Source: Chrysomallon squamiferum (lineage: Eukaryota; Animalia; Mollusca). Taken from it: a DNA stretch of 64,000 nucleotides. The stretch lies in the NCBI GenBank assembly GCA_012295275.1, contig CM022679.1, forward strand, positions 23,808,001-23,872,000. The letters are read 5' to 3'. Under the pieces are notes generated by a model that was given only the letters and a program-made list of their open reading frames with translations, did not search any database and was not told where the DNA came from. The position numbers and the translations under genes were made by a program. Each line of letters opens with the position of its first letter. Positions within the stretch are counted from its first letter, which is position 1. Positions 1 to 14,519 of the stretch are shown here, one piece after another.

Positions 1-107
1 ATTATTTATTTATTTATTGATTTTACCTATTCGAAGCATAAATGAAACAAACAAAAAATGGAATTGAAACAAAAAATATATAACTGAACAAAATAAAAAT
101 AAAAAAA

Positions 108-139
<32 letters not shown>

Positions 140-1480
140 ATTTCTGTATTGTAAGAGTACATGCGATAATTCCATTTTTCTAGCAGTAATAAGGAAAACA
201 ATTTAAAAATAAAAATAATAACAATAATAATAATAATAATAATAATAACTATTATTATTATTATTACGATGATGATGATGATGATGATAATAATAATAAT
301 TTAAGATATAATTAAAAATAAACGAATCAAATTCATGATGATTAAGTAAGTTAAATTAGAGGTTACGAAAGCAAGAATGATAAAGTATGAAAAGATAATA
401 GTAACAATAATAATTAAGAAAAAAGTAAATGAATAAAAAAACTAATTAAAATAATAAGAAGATAAACGAAAGAAAATAAAAACTAATTATTTATTTCTTT
501 AAACCATTTAATATCACTTTTTATTTTACTAGATTTATTTTATTTTTCTTTATTTTAATTAATTTATTTTTACTTATTATTAATATTTATTTATTCGGTT
601 TTGTATTTTTCATTTATTCGTTTGTATGCTCTTTTTTAATTTATTTGTTTATTTGTTTATTGTTAAAAGGTATTTATTTATTTTTCGACGCTCTGTATTT
701 TGTTAGGTAATCAAAACTAAATTACATTAAAGAACCGATGCAAGATGTAAAGCAATCTATCTAAAATAGATAATCCAAAATACTTAGATTTAATATATTA
801 TATATTTATATTTAGTCATTAAAAATTAGTGAAAATATTTCAAATCTCTTTCATCCAAAAATTCGCAAATGTTTATTGAAACGAGTGAAATTTTCTTATT
901 ATCATCATCATAATCATCATCATCATCATCATGATCACTTTTTATTTTAAAATAATGAACTACATTTTCTTTTTCTTTTATTTATATTTTTAACAATTGG
1001 TATCTATTTCGTTTCTTTTCATTACTTTTTTCCAAAATATATTTATTTTAAATTTATTTTTTAAATTATAAATTATAATGTTCTTATAATTTGGTTTTTT
1101 ACAACCATTTTTCAATTTTAATTATTTCATAATTATATATAATTAAATGAAACATTACATGTATCTTTATAAGAGAATAAATCTAAAAATTTTAATTATA
1201 ATAACACGGAGAATTAAATTTAGGAGCAGCAGCCACAGCAGTAGTAGTTGTTGCTGTAGCTGTAGTTGTTGTAGTTGTGGTTAATAACAACAATTACACA
1301 GAGATACATTTTATTATAATTAATATGCCATATATTAATACATTCCATTTATCATTTTGAATGTTATAAATAATTTCCAAAAATTTATCATTATTTTTAA
1401 ATTCATAGCGAAATCAAAATTATTTATTTTGTTCATAATCAACAATCAATTCATTAAATATTATGCACGATATCAAATCT

Positions 1481-1665
1481 CACCTGTATAATTTTGACGT
1501 CATAAGCTCACCTGTGTCTGATCTAGTCCCACCTGGATGTATCAAAGAGCGCACATGGTGAGATAGCAGTCTTGTTGATTTGAATAATCAACACAAGACA
1601 CGTACACGTGATTGGCTGAAATCTGCATGAGATAAATACGTCAATGACTAATAAACAGATGGAGT
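1481..1665. promoter_or_regulatory. dense TF-motif cluster (candidate enhancer)
   Basis: CACCTG x3 (1481, 1509, 1530), TGACGTCA (~1495), ATCAAAG (1541), CACATG, CACGTG (1605), ATTGG, GATA, TAAACA and CAGATG within ~185 bp. Confidence 0.4.
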
Positions 1666-1782
1666 TTATTTTTTTCTGTGTTTGGTTGATTTTGGTCTTG
1701 TTTTCTGCCACGGCATTTATTCAGATTAAACCATCATCGGTAAGGATGGGAGATACTATGATCGAATCGCACAATATCCAAA

Positions 1783-1818
<36 letters not shown>

Positions 1819-4124
1819 AATAATAGTAAAAATTAAATTAAAATGTTACGAAAAAAATTTAAATATTTTATTATTTAAAAGACTTCCATTTCTGGAAACA
1901 AGCTGTTATTTCATTTATAAAAAAATCACTAACAGACCAAAGAAATACGAATAAAAGATTGAATGAGTAAATCTTTTCCTGAAAGTGTTTGAAAATGTGT
2001 TTTGTTAGGTCAGTTTTTTTTTGGGGGTTTGTCTTAAATTTCTAGTTTGAATTTTCAATAAAACATTCGATTATAAATCTTAACAGAATTACACTGCAAA
2101 ATTACAGATTTTATCAACGAGAGGCATTTTTGAAAACTCTCTCTCTTTCTCTCTTCTCTTTATAGATTTATGTATATCTCTCTATTACTTGTAGATAGAC
2201 AGACAGACAGACAGAAAATGAAATAATAATGTAGAGACAGAATCTTACAGATGAAAGTGATCGACGAATGGATTTGTAAAGTTAGTTTAATGAAACAATT
2301 ATAGATTAACGTATTGACTAAAGGACTGAATAATGGACATGTGGTTCTACCATCAAAATGGCATCTTCTGGTGGATATTAATATGTCGGAAAATCAAAAC
2401 ACGTGCCAGAATCATCCCATTCTCATCTTATTGGAGAAATCACAGCTACATGTGACTGGTAAACGTCTATATATTGACAAAGACCTCTAAAAATATACTC
2501 AGCAAAAACAGTTTGTGAAACAAAAAATATTTATTCACATATAATGTTCCTGTCATGTCATTAAGACATGACTTTCACTTCTAGTGACACGTTTTGATAC
2601 AAATGGTGCTAGTATTTACAATTTGCTTTGAATATTTTATTTATATTATAGTAATTATCTGCCAACTCAGCGTTCCGTCTTATTGTATTATGTAATATTG
2701 TTATATTGCTCTCTGTTTTAGTTAATGTGTTATTATTATTACTATTATTATTATTATTCTAATACGGTGTAGATATTATTATTAATATTATAATATGGTT
2801 GTTTTTGTTGTATTTCTTAAAACAATCGTATTTTTCATATCAGTGATACAAATATTACAAAAATCGTTGCTTTATATTTGAAAATTATTTATCTACATTT
2901 TGTTTTGCTCAATATATATCGGCAATACCGTTACAGACTTAGTGTCACTGTAGTTAGAGATAAAACACTCTCTTCTCCAAATCGTACGAGCCTGTTGTCG
3001 TCTTGACAGACATTGTTCTTGGTCTTGTGTTAAAACATCAAGATTACCTTTCATCGCGGTGTTAAGAGCAATTGGGATAGATTTTAATCCACCTGTTTAA
3101 AGAGTTACGTCAGAGTGTATGGAAGAACTGTTTATCAGAGGATGTACGGTTTGCACTGACACGTGGGTCTTACGTCAGTGGATGGAAGATTTGTTTATTA
3201 GAGAACGTACGGTTACGATTGACAAGATAGGAGCAGTTTGAATAGAAGCTTTCGTAGTCAGATTTGATGTAGTGAATTTATTGAAATATTTAATTGTACA
3301 GAAATTTATAACTCTGCACAATGCATAGTTCGAAGGATCATTAAATCCTTAAGGAATTAAAAACAAATATATTTGTTTGTAGTTTAATATTACATAGAAA
3401 TTGTCTCGTTAAATCCATCCATTCAGATTTATCTTTTAGAAACATGCGTATATGTATTTCCTCTTCTATTACTTCTTCCTTTCCTCCTTTTGTTACAAAT
3501 GAACAAATATTGTAATTCATTAACTAACGGGACGATCAGTAATAAAATAAAGTTTAAGAAAACAAATATTCCGTTTTTTTTCAAAAACCAACAATCAAAA
3601 CATAAAATTACAATATATATCTTGGGCGTTTGGGAGTTCTTTATTCAAAATTATTGTTTCTTTTTCTAAGGGAAATTTTGCCCAGATCAAAACACGAGAA
3701 CCAGTTTCTTCCCTTCTGTTTTGCCGCTCCATCCCCAAGAGTCGTTTATCCATGTTACATGTTACAGTCGTCTGTGGCGGTTTCTGTTTTGTTTGTCACA
3801 TTTAATACACACAGAAGTGAGCAATAAATCACTGTGTATAACAACGATATCGACTGAACGAGAGTGAAACGACTTCTTAATTAATCACTTCAAACTAATT
3901 CAAGGCTGTTGTGTGCGACTTATCAAAAATCTGTCAGTGTATTGAACTCCGGTGACCTCAAATCACCCATGAAGGCAACCCACTATAACATTGAAAAGTT
4001 TGGAAAGGAAGCACGACCATTTTGCAAGGCTTCCTAAAACCACACTTCTATATTTTATACGTATGTACATTAGCTAATATATTACGTTCTTAAATATTGT
4101 TGTCGTTTTTGTTTCTCTTGTTGC

Positions 4125-4155
<31 letters not shown>

Positions 4156-4355
4156 ATTATTTTTACTGCTGTCATAATTGTTGTTATTATGTTATTATTC
4201 TCGCTGTTATTATCTCTGTTGATAGTACTGTTGATTTCAATTAAGAAATAAAATAAGAAGTAAAATGCTTAGATCTGACTCATTCTCGGTCTTCACGTTC
4301 ATTCTGTCTTTCAGTATTTAATTCTACATTAAAAACCCCTCTATTGATCAGTAAA

Positions 4356-4481
<126 letters not shown>

Positions 4482-7243
4482 TGTTCATTTGTTTATACAT
4501 AAACATATGCATACGATTTCCACATATGCATGATAACAATTCAAACGTCCTAAGTGACAAACTACAATTCAAAAGTCAGTCGGCACCAGAGTTTTGCGTA
4601 AAAACATTTATAGTAATGGCAGTAGTTAATAACTGGTTTGTGTTGTATTTGAAACAAAATCAATCACTTTTTATTGTTATTATTATTATTTTTTAAAAGA
4701 TATCTTTGAAGAATATAGTTGAAATTATAAGCAATCACACGGTTTTATAATTCAATAGACGTCTAGGGGGTAGTTTATTAATCAACTGAACAAAGAGGAG
4801 AGTGGCTGTTTTACAGCGCCAAATGTTGATTGTGTTGACGTAACTAAGACTGTGGCACCAGTTAAATACATTGCGCATTTTCAAAATGAATCATGTGTTT
4901 TAGGTTCATGGTCAAGAAATGGGGTGACGTGATTTAAAATGGAACACGAAAGGTTTGAACATTAAATAAATAAATAAATAAATAAACGCAAACAGCAACA
5001 TAATATGCAGTTAAGAACCACCACAAAAATCAAAACAAACAAAAACAACAAATATCTATTCTATGGAAAAAAATAATATAAAAAAAATAAATAAATAAAT
5101 AAAATAAAATAAAATAAATAAATAAATAAAAAGTGTGGTAAAAATAAAAATTACTTTTCTGTCAAACACGCACGTACCGGATTCATTTTACTCCAGTTAT
5201 GAAACAAAATACTATTTTCACAAAAACATCATCTAACAAAACGGACTATATAACTGCACTAAATAAACGTAAATCTTAAATTAATTAAAAAAATATTTAC
5301 TATAAACAATCTGTGATCCAGTTCATGAGGATTGTGTATTTAGTTATGCATAATTATATTTTTATTTGCTACAACTAATTGCATAGCATATTCAGCACCT
5401 TAAAAAAGGCCATATGTATATAATTTTGACAGTCAGGTGTATATAAATATCAAGAATATATAAAATGCATATTCGTATTTTCGTAACTTGAAACCATTTT
5501 CTGATAACTGATGGGCTTGTTTCTAAAAATAGTAACACTATTAATAAATGCAAATTCACCAAAGCTTTGATATTAATTCGTTAAAAAATACCGAGAAACA
5601 AGTTAACAGTGTCTCTAGGCTGTAAAATCCAAGCAAGTCGCCATTCTGTTTTAAATTTTAATTTTAAAAGTCGTTGGTAGGCGCATTCCTAACCACATCA
5701 AAGCGTACATTAGTAACACCCTGGTTCAGAATGACCGACAGTAGTTAATCATGGAGGTTCACTCAGCCTCGTTTATCTAGACATTTCGTTTTGTAAACAC
5801 AACGAAAGACGAGACATGCTGCGCGAGAGATATACGTCGAGACGTATTTCCAAACATACCCTATCTTCATACGTTCCTGACATACCTGTCCCTTTTTACC
5901 GATGTTGAGTGGCTGTCTTGTGCATCTTCCAGCACATTAGTCATAAATGTTGTTTGGACATGAAATACGGATAACCAAAATCCTTAGTCATCTTGTGACA
6001 TGAAGTTAAAGGTTTATGTTTGCTTGAGATAAGTACTGTCAACACGCGTATATCTACAGTTTTATGAAAACCTACTGCAATATATCAGATTAAAAAAAAA
6101 AACATTATGTGCGTGTGTATATGGAGGATCTTCTTTGAACCAAATTTCTTTCATTCTCATCATTTATTGTAATAAAATTTTAATTCTTCCAAGTACGATC
6201 ACATTTCAATTAGAACCCTGTGCATGTACAAGCATAGTTTCAACCAAATATAAAAAATAAAATAAAATAAAATAAAATAAAATAAAATAAATAAATAAAT
6301 AAATAATAAAAGGTAGTCTAACGGAATGTTAATTTGCCGTTCTTCATTAGATTAACAGAGGAGCTGTGCAAAATCTTTTGCTAAATAAGCTTCTAAATAT
6401 ACAGAATTCTGATATGTGTGTAGGATCTGAATGAACGTTTTTAAAGAAGTTCACTGTTTCAAAGTGGATTTCTAACCTTATAAAGGCGGGCCATTATGCT
6501 GTCATTAAAATTTCTAATGCCTGCTTCCATGGCATGTACATGTATTTCCACATAACGGTAGCACAAGCGTTGATTGTAGTTTTACATCCAACCGTATATA
6601 AAACCGTTTGAAGGTTTATAAAAACATTATAACATCAACACACACACATTTTACACAAACAACAACACAAGCACACACACACACACAACACAAAATATTA
6701 ATAATAAAAAAAAAAAATTTTTAAAAAAATGAAAAAAAAAAGAAAGAAAAAAAAGAAAGGATATTAAAAAAGAACAAAAATAAATGATGTATTATTTTGA
6801 TTACACACACACAAACGCACACACAGACACACATACAAATTGATTTTTTTTTTTTTTTTTACACTGAAATAATAATATACTAATGAAATTAAAACTTCAG
6901 TATATTTTAAATATTTTAACATTTTAATTTTAAAAGCTATTTTCCATATAATGACTATTCATTATCATTTTCTTATCAGCATCATGTACTGGTGGTCCTA
7001 TTTTCACGAAAAAATCTCTCAAACCTGTTGACTGATATAATCTCGTATGACATGTTGTAAAGCTGGTAAAATGAAAAATGATAACATTTAATAGAATAAT
7101 AAACACGTGTTTTAACAATAGCCTAAACTCACCTGTAATTGTGTCTTTAATGTCTAGAAGTGTTTTCTTTGATCTTGTTTGCGCATCTATCTCTCCAACA
7201 CGAGGATTCTACCGCCAAAGGTATGTAATAGTAAAACAAGATT

Positions 7244-7294
<51 letters not shown>

Positions 7295-8289
7295 TCGTTT
7301 TATAAATGCATAGATTATATGACAGAGAATAGAAGTGTATATTGTTTCATGGCTAAAATATTATTATAAACTTTTGTATTTCAGACATCAGAATAGTTTT
7401 AAAGAATAAATATAAATATGACAATGCAACGAAATTTGAAATGAGGTAATAAATAAATAAATAAATGAAATAATAGCAGTAATGATGTTTCAACTACAGC
7501 AGCAACAACAACAATAATAATAAACATAAATATCTATTATAATATTATAAAACTAGTATGGGCATTTTGTATTTTTATGTTTTATTGTTTCCTAAAAGTT
7601 CATTTATTTATTTATTATTATTATTATTTTTAATTTCATCATCATTATTCACCGTCGTAAACCTAGAATAAAATTTTCTATTTTTCATATTTTTATTCAC
7701 TCTCTCAAGTTTTCAAACGTTTTCGTAAATTACAGATGCACCATCGATTTTCCGGAATCTTTGGTTCCGAAGTTTACCGCGGATTATCCGTTTTTCCGGA
7801 CCTTAGAAGGTCACATATTAGTAAACAAAACACTTCTGAGCAACGAAACATAATACACTTTGCCTACCTCTAATACACCATGCACCTGCTAGAAACGTAA
7901 ACAAATATTAAATGTAAATTAAATGATTAAATGATTTCATTAGCAAAAAGGTTATCAGTTTATCAGAACAATCTACTTCAATAAAATTAAAGTATTATTA
8001 TACAGATATTAAAAATAGATTAAATAAATTTTCCAAATTTATTCGGTCTAATTTAGATCAGATCATCAGAGCCTAGGAACATTTTTCATGTAACTATAGT
8101 AATTTAGAATAAATCTGGTGTATGCATCAGAAATCCGTTTTAAAAAGAGATTATTATTTTCGTCCATTCCATCATTTATTTATTCATTCTCTTAAGTTTT
8201 TTTCTTTCAAATATTTAGTTTATACATCAGAAATCAGAATAAATCACTTTATTTAAGTGAACTAAGAAGTCAACAACGTTAATCAAATC

Positions 8290-8600
8290 GTTGAATATCT
8301 CGGATTAAGCGGGCCCAATCTAATCAAAATGTTGTCCAGATATAGTCCTTTATTTCTCTGCAGTAAATCCCTCCCTTTCCCGCCCCCATGTTTGCTTCAC
8401 AATTTTGTATTATTGAACTTACCTTGATTAAATTTCTACCTTCTTAGCATGGGGTGTACTTATCTGCTGTTAATGTAGAGATTGGCCTACCGCATTCTAG
8501 ACGGAACCCATGGCAGGTCGGTGCGCTCCGAGTCGTGGGAAAGTTACTTCTCGGAATTTAGTTTCGATTAATATGTTTGTTTGGGATTATCGGTTGATAA
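8290..8600. promoter_or_regulatory. CpG/GC-richer island, candidate promoter or first exon of a leftward minus-strand transcript
   Basis: GC box cccgcccc (~8379), CCAAT, GGATTA x2, CGTGGGAA (8534), TTCTCGGAA (8548), AAG|GTAAGT minus-strand donor at 8422. Confidence 0.4.
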
Positions 8601-9896
8601 GAAGTAAATAAAAGTTTTAACAATAATTGCTGGTCCAAAGTGAAAGATATTGGCGATTTTTCTCTATTACAGTCCATTTTAAACATTAAAATGAAATAAA
8701 CCAGATAACAAATGAAATTATTTCAATTTGTTTTTATATTTCAATATCTATTTTATTTCCAGTTGATCGAAAACTAAGAATAACAATTATTTGTTCAAAT
8801 TTTCGGAATTTTTCGGATTTTGGAACATAAGCAGATAGCCTGAGAGAATAGGATAAAAGATTAAATACGAATGCCATTTGGCATTTATATTTCATATTAA
8901 GTTTATACCGATAGTTTACAGGATGTTTTGCTTTAACGCCTTTAATTTAAATAAGTAAATAAAATGGTTATCCGTTTCTGTTATGTATTTGCCTTTAATG
9001 ATTTGTAGGCAAATGATGATATGATAAAAATAATAGTAAACAATAACAATAATAAATACATAACTAAATAAGTAGGTTAATAAGAAAAAAATTAAAAATT
9101 AAAAAAAATCGAAAATTTATGTGCATTTTGGCAACAACAACAACAATAAATAAAATAATATAAATAAGTATATAAATAAATAAAAATATTAAAACAAAAT
9201 TAAATTGAAAATAAACACATACAAAACATTTTCAAATAAATAAACTGACACATTATAGGATAGGAAAAAAATTAACGTGCTAATCAGAGCAAGCTGTTGT
9301 GAAGCACGTCCACATATTACAATAAATGCACATTTATATACTAAACTGTCAAGTGTTTTAAATATATTACGTGTATATACAGATTCGTCCGTGTAAGAGA
9401 TCTATTGTGTTTTTAAAAGAAGTGTGAACAACGTACTTCATAATAAAAACTCGGTGCTCTTTAAAACGCACTATATTTTTGTATTATGCAATACAGTTTT
9501 GTTTAAAGGGGTGTTTTCACGTCGCTCACTTCTTCTGTTGGTTGTACAAACAGGTGTTCCTGTACCTGGACTCGCTAATTGCCTGAAATGAAAAAGTTTA
9601 CGTTTCACAGATAAGACATGACAAACGTTTAAGAGGATGATAAACAAGCGAAGCTAGAGCAGCTGTGGTTACGTGCTGTTTAAGAAATTTTGACTAATTC
9701 ATGATAGCCAACTGTCAGATGTACTCTTCCTGGCAACTGTTACATGTTTGGCAGACGATTTTAAATACATTTATTGTTATTTTAAGATTTTATTTTTTAA
9801 ATTTCTTTTTCAAGAGACAAGAACAAGATATTTAAATATTTTAAATTTCGTGGAGTTCTGAAAATAATATTTTGTAAATTAAAGCATATATTTCCT

Positions 9897-9909
9897 GATG
9901 ATGATGATG

Positions 9910-9960
<51 letters not shown>
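9897..9960. repeat. (GAT)n(AAT)n microsatellite
   Basis: direct inspection. Confidence 0.9.
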
Positions 9961-9963
<3 letters not shown>

Positions 9964-10138
9964 TATGATAATGATAATAGTAATAAAATATAGAAGTAAA
10001 ACAAGAAGTGATTACTATACATCACTTGTAAAAAAACCTAATAAAAAATGAAATTACTGATATGTTTTATACATGGATTACAAACATTGTGAAAGAAAAA
10101 CAAACTATTCAGAATGATTACAACAAAAGTTTATTAAC

Positions 10139-10170
<32 letters not shown>

Positions 10171-11688
10171 GTTAATTAAACATTAAAGCCACATACTGAA
10201 ATGTTTTTAATTGTAATAATTTTATCAGCAGTAAAACCAGACAGATCTTTGGAAATGGATGGATTAATGGACATCATCAAAACTAAAATAAATAAATAAA
10301 TAATAATTTCTGTAAAATAATTATTCTTAAACAAAGGTAATGTGTTTCAGTAGGAAAATGAAAACTAAAATTAAAATTTCAACTGGAACATTTGCAAATA
10401 CATTGTTAATATTTAAATTGTAACTAAATAGATAAAAAGCCAGCACATGCAGTTTGTTCTCAGCTTATTGCAATATTCTTTATTGATTTAAAACATTCTG
10501 AAATATAATTTCATATTTTATTTACATAATTTAATTATTACTTCAACATATTTTTCATTTTTGAAATTAACTAATTTACAAAAAATTAAATAATAAAAAA
10601 TCTGTATAGTTACTAATAAATGATTTGTTTAATAATTTATTTCATTGAAAGAAATTGGAGGAAATTTAAGACATTAAATATTTAAACAATTATTATTATC
10701 ATTTTAAACTAATATCAATGATTAGATATGCATAAATAAAAAGGTAATACTAACGCTGATGAAAGTAATTCCTTTAACAATGAACACTTTTTAAAATATT
10801 TATTAAATAAAGAAATAAAAACTTCTGTTTAATAATTCTAATGATTGGTTTAAGTCTTCTAGTGTGCATATATTGTGTTTGTGTTTAAATAAATAAAAAT
10901 TACATAAATAACAATTTATTATTAATAATTTAATGTTTTGTTTTGTTTTGATTATAGGTGCTTCCTATAGGTGTTTCTTATTAAAACATTACTCTACATT
11001 ACTAGTGAGCTCCTATTTAATAAAATAGATTTTTTTTTAAAATAAATAAAATGACATAAAATAAGGTAAAATAAAACACCTACAGAATACAGCATTATTA
11101 ATTAAAACAAATTAGACAAAATTCAAATATAATTTTAATGCATTATTCAATGGGTGTAATAAAAATAAAATTAAACTAAATGTATATCCTTAGATTTGTG
11201 TTTGTGGCAAGATTTTATGATTTAATTATCTGAGTATGAAAAAATTCAGATGTGGCAATAAAACATATTAAATGCAATAAATAGAATTAAAAACAAAACA
11301 AAAAAGTAAAATAAGTAAAATATAAAACAGTAAAATTGTATGCTATTATTACATCATAACAATTTGAAGATTAAAAATGTATATTTATATATATGAAAAT
11401 ATCTATGTATGTAATGTATTTATGTTTGTATTGATTATTTTTATTTAGTTAGCTAAATGTCACATTATACATTAAGATTAAAAGTACATGAAAACAGTGT
11501 TTTTAACTGTAATATATGATGGATAAAAGTTGAATGATTAATTTAAGAATTAACTTGCAGATATTACTATCATTATTATTAATTTTTTTGTTGTTTTTTT
11601 AATTATAATATTTCTTAACTATTTCTTTTTACATAACTTCAAGAATTGTTCCTAAAACATTTTTATTTTCTTTCATTAAATATTACAG

Positions 11689-11731
<43 letters not shown>

Positions 11732-12218
11732 TGTGAGAGAGTTTGTGTTTGTGTGCATGTGTATGTATTTATATAAAAAAAATAGGAACAAAATAAATAA
11801 ATAAGAGGCAAATCTAATAATAATAATATGAAGAAGAAGAATTTAAGTTAAACAAAAGTCCTTTCCAGTAAAATTAATATTTACAATCCATCATTGGACA
11901 TCAGTGGAATTCTTTCATATTTGTATTACAAAATTAAATAAGCATCAAATCAATTTTAATACATTCTATTTAAAATCTACTCAGATGAGTGTAACAGTTT
12001 CTTTAAAAAAATGCTTTATGCACTCATCAGATACAAAATATATATATATACAAGGCACAAACAAATAATGAGACCTGCCCACAAAATGTAAAAAACTGTT
12101 AGTGCCAAGTTTACACATTTCTGTAAACTTAAACACACAACAAATGCCTCTTTCACTTGCTTATTTCCAAAACATGTTAACAAAATAACAAATCATTTTA
12201 TATTAAAGAAAAAAAAAA

Positions 12219-12262
<44 letters not shown>

Positions 12263-14320
12263 ATTAAGCTTTATCACATGTAATATTCTTTTACAGTTTC
12301 CACTATTTGAAACAAACAAAAATTTGAAAAATATTAACAAAATTATTATTTGACAAAACTTGCAATGGAATCTAAACAAACAGCTATTACATAAATACAT
12401 CATATATGTGCAAACAAAGCCTAAATACATATATGCATAACAATAAATAAAGGAAAATGTGCAAAGTAAAAATACATTATATATTTGCATATATTTTCAT
12501 CTGCATGTTGTTTAAGGTGCATATTGTGGCTATTATTCTGGTATAATTATTAAGGCCATGTATTAGTTTTGCTTTTATTAAAATATTTAATAATTGTTAT
12601 GTTTTTAAAGCCAAGAGAATTATTAGTTTTCTGTGTTTAAAAAGATGTTTTATGAATAATTAAGAACAGTTATTATTCAAACACTTTCATATATCTTTGT
12701 AGATAAAAAAAAAAGGAGATAATAATAATAACATAAATTAACAGTAAATAAATAAAATAATAATAAACAAGCAAAGGTAAGCAACCTTTAATGAAGGGAA
12801 ATAACTCATTAACATGTTTTTATTGTATAAAACAGAAATCAAAGTAAAATGAAATACTTATATAGTTATAAAAAAAATAAGAATTTTTTTAGTTTGTGTG
12901 AAAAAAAAAAAACAACTGAGAAACAAAAAGAAAATAATATAAAGAAAAGACATGTCTGTTCCACAAGAGAACAACTAAAAAAATGTAAAAATTAAAATGT
13001 GAAACACTGAAGTAAAAAATAAATTTTTGTTTATGACTTCACAAATTCTGATACATATCACAGACAAGCTTGCTTGTAAAAAATATGCTTTTAGAAACAC
13101 TTATTAAAATTTGTTACCAAGCACTATCACAGAATAACATATTTAAACAATGTAAAGTTTACATGCACAACAACTTACACTGTATATTAAACATTTTCAA
13201 AATACGTATTTTGTTACATAAGTATTTACATAATTAAACTCCGAGCAACACAGCAGAACAAAACTTACAATGAAAATGTTAAATGTATGTTTATTTACAA
13301 AATACCCCATTTTTTCCGCTTTTAAGATATGAATAAAATAAATACCCTGTGTTGTGAGTAAAAGACTAAAAGTTTCATTCAGGATCAAGTAAGATTTTGT
13401 TATTGTGTTGAAGTCTTAATTTTGTTTTCTTATAAAATACTTTTTATTCCTGCTTATTCTTTTAAAGATATAAATAATTAGATGTGATATGAATGAGAGA
13501 AAATAACAGGTTTAATCTGATATGTAGATTTTATTAAATTTATTTTTGTTGCTTATTATTATTATTATTATTTTTGTTTTTATCAATTTCTTTTTTCTTT
13601 TTACTGAAATAGCCTCAACAAAGTTAAGTATTTTATGGAAAATGAAATGAAATTTTAAGTGAAGTGAAAATATGACATTTGTCATTGATAACTATTTCTT
13701 TTTCAAAGGCATCTGTATTATTTTTATTATCTTCCACCTTTGATTTTTAATATTTATATTATTATTACTATCATTTTAAATAACAAGAAAACAACATACA
13801 AATAAACAAAACCCTGAACAAACCAACACTGATGTTAAAAAAAATCATACAATTCAAACTATTTCAAACATGAATTTTCAGTAATATAGATTTAAAAAAA
13901 ATGATATACTACTATAGGCTTGAACAAAATATAATTATATTTATCTTAACAAATAAAAAAAAAAAAAAAAAATAATAATAACAATAAAATAACTAAATAT
14001 AATTAAAAAAATATATATATAAAGTTAAAAAATAAATATGGCACAAAATACATTAGATAAAAAGAAAAAAAGAAAGAAAATAAAAAGATAATTTTAAAAG
14101 ATGATTCCACATTTAAATCCAAAAAGTTTATAATCTCCCTTTTTTATACAAATTGTAAAACTACTGGTCAAATTCAAAGCAACAGGATAATCACTAAATT
14201 ACACATCAAAGAACAATAAATAGCTGAACAAATATTTTCATTAAATAGTAAATAAATTTAAAAAAAATCAAATGCATATTTAATTGAAACACTAAATAAA
14301 TTGAGGCACAGTCTGTTTTA

Positions 14321-14519
14321 TTAACGTGGTCCTTCGCCTTTGCTGGCTCTGCTGTTGTTGCGACTGTTAGGTTGACTGTTTCTCCGACTGTTAGGTTGAC
14401 TATTTCTTCCACTGTTAGGCTGGCTGTTTCTCCGAGGACTAGTGCTTCTGTTGTCAAGCTGACGTCGTGACGATTTTTTCCACTTGAAATACATCAGCTT
14501 GGATTTCCATGTTAACCAT
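14321..14519 (-). CDS. CCDC154: CCDC154-like terminal coding exon (WLTWKSKLMYFKWKK...RRNSQPNS repeats...stop)
   Basis: Acceptor ttatcag at 14520; phase 2 joins exon 18513; TAA at 14323-14321. Confidence 0.85.

Noticed and set aside
11981-12032. Hairpin gatgagtgta...tgcactcatc (SECIS or miRNA-like)
   Set aside because: Only ~10 bp of stem; ATGA pairs canonically (no GA quartet), and no in-frame UGA gene nearby.
14206-14457. Alternative-frame ORF with (LTVGETVN)-type repeats
   Set aside because: Shadow frame of the real terminal exon; exon phase supports the WLTWK frame.
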